Below, piece by piece: positions 47,162 through 56,810 of a stretch of 64,000 bases of DNA (within the stretch, counting starts at the first letter, position 1; each line of letters begins with the position of its first letter). The DNA is taken from positions 48,228-112,227 of the forward strand of contig CAYFXE010000001.1 in NCBI GenBank assembly GCA_964347035.1, read 5' to 3'. Source of the stretch: an uncultured Eubacteriales bacterium. Its GTDB lineage: Bacteria; Acidobacteriota; Aminicenantia; Aminicenantales; Aminicenantaceae. The notes under the pieces are model-generated. The model was not told the DNA's origin and ran no database searches. It worked only from the letters and a program-made list of their open reading frames with translations. The translations under genes and the position numbers were made by a program.

Positions 47162-47607
47162 AACTTAAATACTCTCTTTTTACTCGACGCCAATTTTTGA
47201 ACGGCCTGCTGGGCGGTTGGCTAGCGGCTTTGCTGGGATCTTTTCTGTACCCGATCATAAAGTTTGTTTTCCCTCCGTACAGAGAGCCAGATCAAGTCAT
47301 CCTGCCCTTATCTGATTATAAGGACATACCCTCTAACTCGGTGAAAAAATTTCCTTGGGGAAGTAAACCTGGCCTGGTAAAGAAGAACGAGGACGGCTCC
47401 TTCTTGGCCTTTGTGGCGATCTGTACCCACTTGGACTGCAATGTCGCCTACCTGCCGGAACAGAAAAGATTTTTCTGTGCCTGTCATGACGGGTGGTATG
47501 ATGAGCAGGGAATAAACATCGGAGGACCCCCTCCCCGGCCTCTACGACGTCTCGGGATCGCGGTCGAGGGAGAGGATCTGATTATAAAGAAAGAGGGATC
47601 GGAGTGA
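47158..47607 (+). CDS. Rieske [2Fe-2S] protein with Tat signal
   Basis: RRQFLNGLLG Tat motif; box I CTHLDC and box II CACHDG. Confidence 0.8.
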   Translation: MKLKYSLFTRRQFLNGLLGGWLAALLGSFLYPIIKFVFPPYREPDQVILPLSDYKDIPSNSVKKFPWGSKPGLVKKNEDGSFLAFVAICTHLDCNVAYLPEQKRFFCACHDGWYDEQGINIGGPPPRPLRRLGIAVEGEDLIIKKEGSE

Positions 47608-48683
47608 GCAATAGAAGCAAAAAGCCGGGACCAGCTCGTTGGTTTGAAGAACGCCTCGGCCTAACCAGCCTAACCCGTTTTTTAACAGAGAAGACAGTCC
47701 CTCAGCATAAACACTCCATCTGGTATTACACGGGGAGTGCGATTCTGTTGTTTTTCTCGATTCAGGTCGTTACCGGCTTTATTCTCCTTTTCTACTTCAA
47801 GCCCACCCTAGAAAAAGCCAACGAAAGTGTGGGTCGGATCATGACCGAAGTCCCTCTGGGGTGGATCCTGCGTTCGGTTCATTTCTGGTCGTCGACATTC
47901 ATGATCGCTATCGTTTTCATCCATCTGATGAGCATCTGGTTTACCAAAAGCTACCGCAAACCTCGGGAGTTGACCTGGATGAGTGGGGTGTTCCTCCTGA
48001 TCGTGTCCCTGGCCTTCGGGTTTACGGGCTATCTCCGGCCCTGGGATGATCTATCTGTTTCAGCCACCAAAGTCGGCACTGATATTCCCCGCTCTATTCC
48101 CGTCGTGGGCGCCTGGGCGACCAAGTTTCTCCGGGGTGGAGAAGACGTGACCGGAGACACGCTGACGCGCTTTTTTGGCTTTCATGTCTGTATCCTTCCT
48201 CTGTTTACCCTGTTTTTGATCGGAATTCACGTCTACTTCATCCAAAAACAGGGGATCAGTCTTCCTCTCAGAGCGGAAATCAGGAACGAAAAAGTGAAGG
48301 AACTTCCTTTCTGGCCCAATTTTGTCTACAGGGAGATGATTGTTTGGCTCATCCTTCTGGGTATTCTTATCACTCTGTCCATCTTTTTTCCTCCATCGTT
48401 AGACAAAGCAGCGGATTTGATGGCCCCGGCTCCGGAGGGAATCAAGCCCGAGTGGTATTTTCTGTTCCTGTTCCAGACTCTGAAGATTTTCCCAGCGCAT
48501 ATCCTCTTCGTCAGTGGAGATACGTTGGCTGCGCTGTTAATTTTGCTTTTCGGGGGCTTTTTTTTCTTTTTGCCTCTTATCGATAATAGACCTCAAGAGA
48601 AGAAAGGGAAAGCCATCACTCTCATCGCCATCGTCTTCCTGATATATGCGGTCGCTATGAGTGTCTGGAGCCTTATGGAATGA
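47604..48683 (+). CDS. Cytochrome b (bc/b6f-type, fused N- and C-terminal domains)
   Basis: Conserved heme-ligand His residues in TM helices (SVHFWSSTFM, FHVCILP) and PEWY motif (KPEWYFLF). Confidence 0.8.
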   Translation: MSNRSKKPGPARWFEERLGLTSLTRFLTEKTVPQHKHSIWYYTGSAILLFFSIQVVTGFILLFYFKPTLEKANESVGRIMTEVPLGWILRSVHFWSSTFMIAIVFIHLMSIWFTKSYRKPRELTWMSGVFLLIVSLAFGFTGYLRPWDDLSVSATKVGTDIPRSIPVVGAWATKFLRGGEDVTGDTLTRFFGFHVCILPLFTLFLIGIHVYFIQKQGISLPLRAEIRNEKVKELPFWPNFVYREMIVWLILLGILITLSIFFPPSLDKAADLMAPAPEGIKPEWYFLFLFQTLKIFPAHILFVSGDTLAALLILLFGGFFFFLPLIDNRPQEKKGKAITLIAIVFLIYAVAMSVWSLME

Positions 48684-48976
48684 TGAAAAAGAAGTGTCTC
48701 GGTTTGGTGCTGCTGGTCAGTGCTTTGACCGTGTGCGGGGCGGGTTTTGGTTTGACTCAACAAGTTCCTCCTGAGGAGCCCATCCAGGGGGTTCAAGTTG
48801 AAGAAGAGGGCAAGATCATCCCATCCCCTGCGAACATCAAGGAAAGCACTGCCATCTTTGTTTTCGTAGGATGGGTATGGCTTTCGATCATCGTTCTTAT
48901 CTTTATCCTCAGGGCCAAGATCAAGGAGGTGGATAGACTCTACCACTTGAAATTTTTCAGCGAGAAAAAGGAATAA
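48680..48976 (+). CDS. Small membrane protein, possible accessory subunit of the Rieske/cyt b complex
   Basis: Overlaps the cytochrome b stop (ATGA). Signal/TM followed by a second TM; no CxxCH motif. Confidence 0.4.
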   Translation: MMKKKCLGLVLLVSALTVCGAGFGLTQQVPPEEPIQGVQVEEEGKIIPSPANIKESTAIFVFVGWVWLSIIVLIFILRAKIKEVDRLYHLKFFSEKKE

Positions 48977-49032
48977 AGAGCGGTTCTCAATATCCTAAAG
49001 AAACATTCAATGACTTAACAAGAGAGGCGAAC

Positions 49033-50667
49033 ATGATGAAAATTTATGTTCTGTCAAAAAAGCTAGAAAAATTTATCCCTTTATTTCTCCTTTTATTCCT
49101 TGCCGGTTTCTTCTTCATGTTTTCACCCAGTAGCCAAGATAAGCCCCTCTTTCTGGAAGAAGAATCGGGCTGTACAAGCATCCAGGTTGGACGACTGGCG
49201 AGCGCGGACGGTTCAGTGATTACATGTCATTCCTGCGATGGGAATTATCGGACATGGCTCAACATGGTTCCTCCCGCCCAACATTTTGCAGGATCGAAGA
49301 ATAAAATCTACTACGGGAAGATGAAGAGTGAGACTTCGTGGGATCTCAGAGGTTTAGTGGAAAGGGGGGAAATTCCCCAGGTCGAGGAAACCTATGCCTT
49401 CCTCAACGTCGCCTATCCCTGCCTGAACGAACATCAGCTGGCCATCGGTGAAACCACTATCCGCGGCCGAAGGGAACTTCGCAACGACCGGGGACTGTTC
49501 ATGATCGAGGAGCTGGAGCGGATTATGCTGGAGAGATGCACCACAGCTCGACAAGCCATACGACTGGCCGGTGAGCTTGTTAAGAATTACGGATACGGGG
49601 ATAACGGAGAATGTCTGACCATCGCTGATCCGAAGGAAGTCTGGCATTTTGAAATCTTCGGTGCAGGGCTTCGAGAAATAGGGGCTGTTTGGGCCGCTGT
49701 CCGAATTCCCGATGACCATGTCGGCGTTTCGGCAAATATCCCTCGAATTGGAGAATTGAATCTAGACGATCCCGATCATTATATGGCTTCGGAAAACGTG
49801 TTTTCGCTGGCTGAAGAAAGAGGATGGTGGGATCCTAAAAGCGGGGAGCCGTTTAAATTCTGGAAGGCTTATGATGGACGAAAGCCTTTTGGAATAAGGG
49901 AATATTTCGTATTCAAAACACTTGCTCCTTCCTTAAAATTGGACGAAGATGCCGAAGAACTGCCGTTTTCCATAAAACCGGATAAGAAGGTATCGGTGAG
50001 GGATGTGATGAAGTTGTACCGGGAGACATACGCGGGTACAAAGTACGACATGACCCAGAATTTGATGGTCAAGGAACGCCGAGGAACCGAGATAGTCAAA
50101 AGCCCGATAGCCCACCCTTGGATGTCCTACGATTTGAGGACCCTTCTCAACACGCTGAAGCCGGGGGTGGTGGAATATCAGCGGAAGATCGCCATCGCCG
50201 GGTGCGCTTATTCTCACATCACCCAATGCCGGGATTGGTTGCCCGATCCTGTGGGTGGGATCTGCTGGTTCGCTTTTGATAATCCGGGTCAGAGTGCCAG
50301 AATCCCGATTTTCGCTGGAGTCAAAGAGCTCCCTCAGGATTTCGAGGTCTGTGCTCAACACAGGTTTCGCACGGATTCTGCCTGCTGGGCTTTCCGGAGG
50401 GCCAATCGCCTTTCTACTGTCCGCTGGGGAGAGGCAGGAACATACATCCAAGAGGCCATTAAAGAGTTTGAAGAAAAGGCCTTTGCTGACCTTCCTCTTA
50501 TCGAGAAGAAAGCTCTGGAGCTGTATAAAAACGCAAATCCTGGAGAGAGCCCGGATCAGCTCGTTGAATACTTGACCAAGTACACAAACGATTTTGCCCG
50601 GGCCGCTATGCATAAATACTGGGAGCTCGGGGATAAGTTCTGGACGATGTTCGCCCGAGGGTTTTAA
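49033..50667 (+). CDS. C69-family (dipeptidase A-like) Ntn-hydrolase peptidase, secreted
   Basis: After the signal peptide, GCTSIQVGRLASADGSVI matches the C69 N-terminal nucleophile motif CT(T/S)ILVGKKASADGS. Confidence 0.65.
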   Translation: MMKIYVLSKKLEKFIPLFLLLFLAGFFFMFSPSSQDKPLFLEEESGCTSIQVGRLASADGSVITCHSCDGNYRTWLNMVPPAQHFAGSKNKIYYGKMKSETSWDLRGLVERGEIPQVEETYAFLNVAYPCLNEHQLAIGETTIRGRRELRNDRGLFMIEELERIMLERCTTARQAIRLAGELVKNYGYGDNGECLTIADPKEVWHFEIFGAGLREIGAVWAAVRIPDDHVGVSANIPRIGELNLDDPDHYMASENVFSLAEERGWWDPKSGEPFKFWKAYDGRKPFGIREYFVFKTLAPSLKLDEDAEELPFSIKPDKKVSVRDVMKLYRETYAGTKYDMTQNLMVKERRGTEIVKSPIAHPWMSYDLRTLLNTLKPGVVEYQRKIAIAGCAYSHITQCRDWLPDPVGGICWFAFDNPGQSARIPIFAGVKELPQDFEVCAQHRFRTDSACWAFRRANRLSTVRWGEAGTYIQEAIKEFEEKAFADLPLIEKKALELYKNANPGESPDQLVEYLTKYTNDFARAAMHKYWELGDKFWTMFARGF

Positions 50668-50769
50668 AGCCCGAATATTTTAGAAAAGGATTATCAAGAG
50701 TAAAATATACGAAAATAGCTTTGCTTCCTTCAGATTTTTAACGCCATTCCCTCATCGTCTATCTCGGCT

Positions 50770-50858
50770 GCTGCTGGGGTCAGGCCTTGTCGTCCGGAAG
50801 CGCTGTGTCTCTGCCTTTACCCGAGTACAAAACTTTGGGATAAGGCCTGACCCCAGCT
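50770..50858. repeat. Copy B of the ~90 bp TIR element (inverted internal orientation relative to copy A)
   Basis: gctgctggggtcaggcctt ... aaggcctgaccccagc. The internal 53 bp is roughly the reverse complement of copy A's internal segment. Confidence 0.75.
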
Positions 50859-50983
50859 CAGACATACTCGCAGGTCGACTTCGTCGACTACCCTCGAAGG
50901 CCGAAATCTGAAGGCTGGGTTAGGTTGGGTCGGGGTTTTCAATGTCGCTTCATCTATTTCCGTATATTTTACTACATAAAATT

Positions 50984-51511
50984 TTAAGGCTGATTTTTTC
51001 GTTTTAATCTGTTCAAAGCATAGCAGCTGAATCCCTTATCCGGCCAGGCCACGTGGAAGCTCTGCTCCAGATCATCGGGCTTGATGATTTTAAATATCAG
51101 CTTGGCTTTCGTTCCTGGTGGAGCATTCTCGATATGCTCAGTGACGAAGGCGAGAGTTTTTCCGTTATCAGAAATGGTATCGAGGATATACGTGTTAACA
51201 AACCCTTCCACATAGAATCCCCTAAGGACGAATTTATTCCTGATCTGATCGTAACTGAACAGCCCCAGATCCTCATGAACCTCCCCCTCAGGCCTCTTCT
51301 CGCTGGGCTCGAAGACAGCCTTGGTGTTCATCTGGAGGAATTTCTTGTTTAGGACGAACCGGTATTCTTGATTCACGACTGATCCTTGACCATGGCCCTC
51401 CCATCGCCCTTCTAAGAATTCAAGAGGCTCCCAGACATCCTTTTTTTTCTCTGTTTGGGCAATGATCATGGCAGGCAATAAAAAAAGGATGACAACGAGT
51501 TTATGGCTCAT
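50984..51511 (-). CDS. Secreted hypothetical protein (lipocalin/DUF-like)
   Basis: Signal peptide; 175 aa; no catalytic motif recognised. Confidence 0.4.
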   Translation of the reverse strand: MSHKLVVILFLLPAMIIAQTEKKKDVWEPLEFLEGRWEGHGQGSVVNQEYRFVLNKKFLQMNTKAVFEPSEKRPEGEVHEDLGLFSYDQIRNKFVLRGFYVEGFVNTYILDTISDNGKTLAFVTEHIENAPPGTKAKLIFKIIKPDDLEQSFHVAWPDKGFSCYALNRLKRKNQP

Positions 51512-51741
51512 GATGTGTCTCCTTTCTCATGACCGGTTATTGTATATCAAATCATAAGCTCATTCCAGAGAGGAAAAGGAAACCCGTTCGTCAGGAAAAA
51601 ACCAAGATTTATCCCTAAAGTTAATTCTAGCTGTGTAGCCACTGTTTAAGATTTAGAGTATTATAATGCAAAAAATATCATGGATAGCTTTTTATCGTTA
51701 AAATGCTGGTCAATGGTTAAAAATACAAAACGGCCTCAATC

Positions 51742-52802
51742 TTGATTATGATGAACAGCGCTGATCGATCTCCACCTAAGGGCTTGTTGGCTCGGTTAAG
51801 GTTCGTCGGCCCAGGAATCATCCTGGCTGCGGCCGCTATCGGCTCTGGAGAATTGATCCTCACACCCAGGGCAGGGGCTCTATACGGACTGTCAATTGCC
51901 TGGGTCATCGTCATCTCCATCCTGTATAAGATGACGTTCACCTTCGGCCTGGCTCGTTATACTATCGCCACAGGAGAGGATATCTTCCAGGGTTTTTCCC
52001 GTCTCCCCGGGCCCCGCCTTTGGTTTGTTTGGGTGCTGAGTCTGGTCAGACTATTGTCAGTCTGCTCGGCTGGACGGCTGGGGGAGCCTCGACATTGATC
52101 TACAGCTTTTGGATACTGGAGAAAGGCATGGGACTCGGTGCCAAAGACAGAGGATCCCTCGTCGAGAGAAGAAGCTCACCAAGAATCATCAATAAAGTGA
52201 ATACCTGGCTATCTCTCATCTGGCTGGATGTTGGCTTGTCCTATTTCTTGATGATCGTTGTCTCGCTGGCATTCTTGACCATAGGGGTGTTGGTACTGAG
52301 GACAGCTGGTCCGGAAGGGGGTCCTTTGGTCCCGGCCAGGGAAGAAACCACTTCTATCCTGTCCCGGCTTTTGACCGAAGCAGCCGGCCCTCAGGCCCGA
52401 TATATTTTCCTTTTAGCAGCCTTGGCCATTCTTTTCTCGACAATCATCGGGATGGTTGACGGCAAATCCAGGGCACTTCGGACTGGAATCAGGATGATTC
52501 TAGCAAGGTCCAGACGAGTCTCTGATGTGAATATCTACAGGCTGTTTGTGACATTGATGTGTTGTGTCATCTTTGCATTTCTCTTTACAGGGAAGCCCGT
52601 AGTACTCATCGTTTTGATCTCGGCTCTTGAGGCTCCGATGCTCTCCTTATCTGCCATCATGCTGGCTTACCTCCTCTTTAGAAAACTGCCGAAGGCCCTC
52701 CGTCCGGGTCTCGGGTGGCTTCTGGTCATGGCCATCGGGACCGCCATTTATCTGGCCTTATCAAGCATAGTGTTCGTCCGGATTCTGATTCAGATGTTTT
52801 AG
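51742..52802 (+). pseudogene. NRAMP-family divalent metal transporter homolog with an apparent +1 frameshift near 52034..52046
   Basis: ORF 51742..52098 (FVGPGIILAAAAIGSGELILTPRAGALYGLSIAWV...) and ORF 52020..52802 (LGAESGQTIVSLLG..., many TM helices) together make one NRAMP-like protein. They are in different frames. Confidence 0.55.
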
Positions 52803-52859
52803 ATGAATGGATCATGTTTTGTGAAAATTTGTCCGTGTTATTCGTCCTATTAAACGCCT

Positions 52860-53597
52860 ATGGAACATCGCATTTCAAAGAAATGGAATCCACGCCTACA
52901 CGATTCATCCGGCCACAGGCTGAGGCTCAGGGAGAAATTTTTATTAGGGGGGCTCAAAGGGTTTTTGGATTATGAAATCATCGAACTGCTGTTGACACTG
53001 GGGACTCCACGAAGAGACTGCAAGAGGCAAGCGAAAGAAGCGTTGAGAAGATTCAAGACATTGAGAAGTGTTCTGGAGGCGGAGCCAGAGAACCTTCAGG
53101 ACATCAAAGGCATAGGTCCTCAAAATATATTCGGGATTAAGCTCGTTCAAGAGGTCTCCCGGCGTTTCCTAAAAGATCGTATGATGAGCCGGCCTGTCTG
53201 TCAAACCTCTAAGGACGTCTTTGAATATCTCTATCACGCCCTGAGAGACGCAAAGAGAGAAAAATTTAAGGTCATGTTTCTGGATGCCAAGAACAGGATC
53301 ATCGAGGAGAACACTTTTTTCGAGGGGACAGTCGATTCGAGCGCTGTCTTTCCCCGAGAAATCATGAAAGCAGCCCTAAAGCACGATGCCTCTTCCCTGA
53401 TCTTCGTCCACAATCATCCGACTGGAGACCCTCAGCCTTCCTCGAGTGACAAGGAGATTACGAGGGAGTTGGTGTGGGCCGCCTCTCTTTTGCAGATCCG
53501 AGTCTTGGATCACATCATCATCGGGAATAACTGCTATTTCAGTTTCGCCGATCATGGCTTGATTGAGGATTATGCTTTGGTGTTCCAGAAGAATTAA
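52860..53597 (+). CDS. radC: RadC-like JAB/MPN domain protein
   Basis: HhH-like N-terminus (GHRLRLREKF...YEIIELLLTLG) and JAMM motif HNHPTGDPQPSSSD. Confidence 0.8.
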   Translation: MEHRISKKWNPRLHDSSGHRLRLREKFLLGGLKGFLDYEIIELLLTLGTPRRDCKRQAKEALRRFKTLRSVLEAEPENLQDIKGIGPQNIFGIKLVQEVSRRFLKDRMMSRPVCQTSKDVFEYLYHALRDAKREKFKVMFLDAKNRIIEENTFFEGTVDSSAVFPREIMKAALKHDASSLIFVHNHPTGDPQPSSSDKEITRELVWAASLLQIRVLDHIIIGNNCYFSFADHGLIEDYALVFQKN

Positions 53598-53600
53598 GAT

Positions 53601-53727
53601 TCAGTTATCAGTTCACAGATATCAGTTCCCAGTTATCAGTACACAGTTGAAGAAGAGATTCTTATCTTGATAAGAATCCCTTTTTTGCTGACAACTGACA
53701 ACTGGATACTGGCAACTGATAACTGAA
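53601..53727. repeat. Palindromic array: 3 direct 12-15 bp units (cagWtatcagtt) + central hairpin + 3 inverted units
   Basis: Left arm units at 53603, 53617 and 53632. The right arm (53692..53725) holds their reverse complements (aactgataactg etc.), flanking the palindrome gattcttatcttgataagaatc. Confidence 0.6.
53657..53686 (+). terminator. Intrinsic terminator downstream of radC
   Basis: Perfect 10 bp stem gattcttatc/gataagaatc with a 2 nt loop, followed by ccTTTTTT. Confidence 0.6.
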
Positions 53728-53779
53728 TTATTGTCAAATCTAATTTCCGAGGGTAAACTCTTAGCGAGAGGAGGCCACT

Positions 53780-55450
53780 ATGATAGACGATATGGATATC
53801 GATATGAAGGTCAAAATGAAGCCCATCGAGGATATCGCGGGTCGGCTGGGAATTGATTCCACAGATCTGGAGAAATACGGAAAGTATAAAGCGAAGGTTT
53901 CTCCCGACAAGTATCGTGGACAGAAGATAAGAGGGAAACTGATCATGGTCACAGCCATGACACCCACTCCAGCCGGAGAGGGCAAGACAACAACATCTAT
54001 CGGCCTGACCGATGCCTTTAACCGGATCGGAAAAAATGCAGTGACCGCATTGAGGGAGCCATCCCTGGGACCCGTGTTCGGTATGAAAGGCGGAGCCACA
54101 GGAGGCGGGTATGCTCAGGTCATGCCCCGGGAGGAAATAAACCTCCATTTCACAGGGGATATCCATGCCGTCACAGCGGCCCATAATCTTTTGGCCGCGA
54201 TGGTCGATAACAGCCTTCATTTCGAGGGTGTCTGTGGCCTGCTAGATTGCCGGAGGGTGACCTGGAAAAGAGTCATGGATATGGATGACCGTGTGTTGCG
54301 GGAAGTTGTCGTCGGTATCGGAGGGCCTCTCCGCGGCATAGCCCGGGAAACAGGGTTTGACATAACGGCTGCCTCCGAGATCATGGCCATCCTGTGTTTG
54401 GCACAAAATTTAGAGGATTTGAAGGAGAGATTGGGCAATATTCTTGTCGGTTATTCTCCAGAAAGAAAGCCAGTTTTTGCTCGGGACCTAAAAGCTGAAG
54501 GATCGATGGCTGCCCTTCTTAAGGAAGCCTTCAAACCCAACCTTGTTCAGACTTTGGAGGGCAACCCGGTGTTTATACACGGTGGGCCTTTTGCTAATAT
54601 CGCCCACGGGACGAGCTCAGTGATCGCCACTCAGTTGGCCCTGTCTCTGGCAGACGTGGTGGTCACGGAAAGTGGTTTTGGCTCTGACCTCGGTGCTGAG
54701 AAGTTTTTCGATATCGTCGTCAGGACCGGACATATACCTCCGCCTGATGCCTGTGTTCTAGTAGCGACCATCCGGGCTTTGAAGCTTCATGGTGGCGTCA
54801 AACTAAAGGAGATCGGCCCGGAGAACGTCGAGGCTGTCGAGCAGGGCTTTGTGAATCTCCAGAAGCACATCGAAAACCTCAGGGGCTTCGGGATCCCTTT
54901 CGTCATCGCCTTGAACAGATTCTCGGATGATACCGAGAAGGAAATCGACAGAGTCATGGATTTATGCCGGAAGGAGAAGGCTCGAGTGGCCCTCAGCGAA
55001 GTCTACGGCAAGGGGGGACAAGGGGGAAGGATGTTGGCTGAAGAATTGCTCAAGGCTATCGACGAGGATGAAAACAATTTTCAACTTCTCTACCCAGACG
55101 AGATGTCCCTCCTGGACAAGATCGAAACCGTCGCCCTCCAGGTTTACGGCGCCTCTTCGGTGGCGATGGAAGGAAAAATAAGGAGAAGAATCCTTCGGAT
55201 CGAGAAAGAGGGCTTCGGTCATCTTCCTGTCTGTATCGCCAAAACCCAGTATTCTCTTTCTGGAGATGATGAGGCCTTGGGAAGGCCCGAGGATTTCGCC
55301 CTCATCGTTACCGATGCCTCGTTGAGCTCTGGAGCCGGGTTTGTCGTGGTCTACTGCGGAGATATCATGACCATGCCAGGACTGCCCAAGATTCCGGCTG
55401 CTGTTGGCATCGACGTCTCGGCTGAAGGAGAAATCACCGGTTTGAAGTAA
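53780..55450 (+). CDS. fhs: Formate--tetrahydrofolate ligase
   Basis: P-loop TPTPAGEGKTTT..., 556 aa, FTHFS architecture. Confidence 0.9.
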   Translation: MIDDMDIDMKVKMKPIEDIAGRLGIDSTDLEKYGKYKAKVSPDKYRGQKIRGKLIMVTAMTPTPAGEGKTTTSIGLTDAFNRIGKNAVTALREPSLGPVFGMKGGATGGGYAQVMPREEINLHFTGDIHAVTAAHNLLAAMVDNSLHFEGVCGLLDCRRVTWKRVMDMDDRVLREVVVGIGGPLRGIARETGFDITAASEIMAILCLAQNLEDLKERLGNILVGYSPERKPVFARDLKAEGSMAALLKEAFKPNLVQTLEGNPVFIHGGPFANIAHGTSSVIATQLALSLADVVVTESGFGSDLGAEKFFDIVVRTGHIPPPDACVLVATIRALKLHGGVKLKEIGPENVEAVEQGFVNLQKHIENLRGFGIPFVIALNRFSDDTEKEIDRVMDLCRKEKARVALSEVYGKGGQGGRMLAEELLKAIDEDENNFQLLYPDEMSLLDKIETVALQVYGASSVAMEGKIRRRILRIEKEGFGHLPVCIAKTQYSLSGDDEALGRPEDFALIVTDASLSSGAGFVVVYCGDIMTMPGLPKIPAAVGIDVSAEGEITGLK

Positions 55451-55609
55451 AAAATAGTAACTGGCTACTGTATTTAGCATCAAAAATGCAGCTCTTTTTC
55501 CTCAAAATCCGGAGAGACGAGATGTCCCGAATATAGGTTTACACTCTCTGTTAATTGTGATAAAAAGGATGTGTTTTTTTTAAAAAAATTTTTTCGTGAG
55601 GTCTGATAA

Positions 55610-56800
55610 ATGTGCGAGTTAAGAGACGTTTTCGTCGTCGGTGCGGCGCGCACGCCTATCGGCAGTTTCCTGGGTTCTCTTCGCCAGTTCACCGCTCCGG
55701 AATTAGGCGGAATCGCTATCAAGGAAGCTCTTAAACGGGCAGGCGTTTCGGGAGAAGATGTTGATGAAGTGATCATGGGGAATGTTGTCTCAGCCGGTAT
55801 AGGCCAAGCGCCGGCTAAGCAAGCCGCAGTTAAAGGGGGAATTCCCTACACAGTAAGTTCCTTTGCCGTGAACAAGGTGTGCGGATCAGCGCTCAAGGCT
55901 GTCGCCCTGGCCGCTCAAGCCATCTGGCTGGAAGAGAAGGAGATCATCGTGGCCGGCGGGATGGAGAGCATGAGCCAAGCGCCTCATCTGCTGTGGGGCG
56001 CTAGAGAAGGTGTCAAGTTCGGAGACATGAAGATGAAAGACTCGATGATCCTGGACGGCTTGTGGTGTGCCTTCGATGACCATCACATGGGGATGACAGG
56101 TGAGGTCGTCGCCGAGAAATTCGGCGCCAGCCGGCAGGAACAGGATGAATATGCTTTTAGTAGTCAACAGAAAGCTATCCATGCCATCGATAAGGGCTAT
56201 TTCAAGGATGAGATTGTCCCGATCGAAATCCCGCAGAGAAAAGGAGACCCGATTGTATTCGACGTCGACGAAGGGCCTCGCAAGGATACGACTTTAGAGA
56301 AATTATCAAAACTGAGGCCCGTTTTCAAGAAAGATGGGACGGTGACAGCCGGGAATGCGTCTACTTTAAATGACGGAGGTTCAGCCGTTGTGGTTGCATC
56401 GAAGGATGCCGTTGAGGGGAAGGGCCTTAAACCTTTGGCTAAGATATTGGGTTCAGCCACCAACGCCGTGGAGCCAGAGCTGGTGATGTATGCTCCTAAA
56501 GGAGCTATAGAAAAACTGTTGGCCAACGTGGGCTGGAAAACTGAAGATGTCGATTTGTTCGAAATAAATGAAGCTTTTTCTTCCCAGTTGGTCGTTCTCA
56601 TCAAAGAGTTGGGCCTAGATAGAGAAAGAGTCAATGTCCATGGAGGAGCCGTGGCCTTGGGACATCCCATCGGAGCCACCGGAGCCCGGATCTTGACCAC
56701 ACTTATTTATGCCTTAAAACACAGAGACATGAAAAGGGGAGTGTCCGCTCTCTGCTTGGGTGGAGGCGATGCCGTGGCCATGGCTGTGGAGATGGTCTGA
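55610..56800 (+). CDS. Acetyl-CoA C-acetyltransferase (thiolase II)
   Basis: Active-site Cys in VNKVCGSAL; C-terminal GHPIGATGAR and CLGGGDAVAM thiolase signatures. Confidence 0.9.
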   Translation: MCELRDVFVVGAARTPIGSFLGSLRQFTAPELGGIAIKEALKRAGVSGEDVDEVIMGNVVSAGIGQAPAKQAAVKGGIPYTVSSFAVNKVCGSALKAVALAAQAIWLEEKEIIVAGGMESMSQAPHLLWGAREGVKFGDMKMKDSMILDGLWCAFDDHHMGMTGEVVAEKFGASRQEQDEYAFSSQQKAIHAIDKGYFKDEIVPIEIPQRKGDPIVFDVDEGPRKDTTLEKLSKLRPVFKKDGTVTAGNASTLNDGGSAVVVASKDAVEGKGLKPLAKILGSATNAVEPELVMYAPKGAIEKLLANVGWKTEDVDLFEINEAFSSQLVVLIKELGLDRERVNVHGGAVALGHPIGATGARILTTLIYALKHRDMKRGVSALCLGGGDAVAMAVEMV

Positions 56801-56810
56801 GGGAGGAGGA

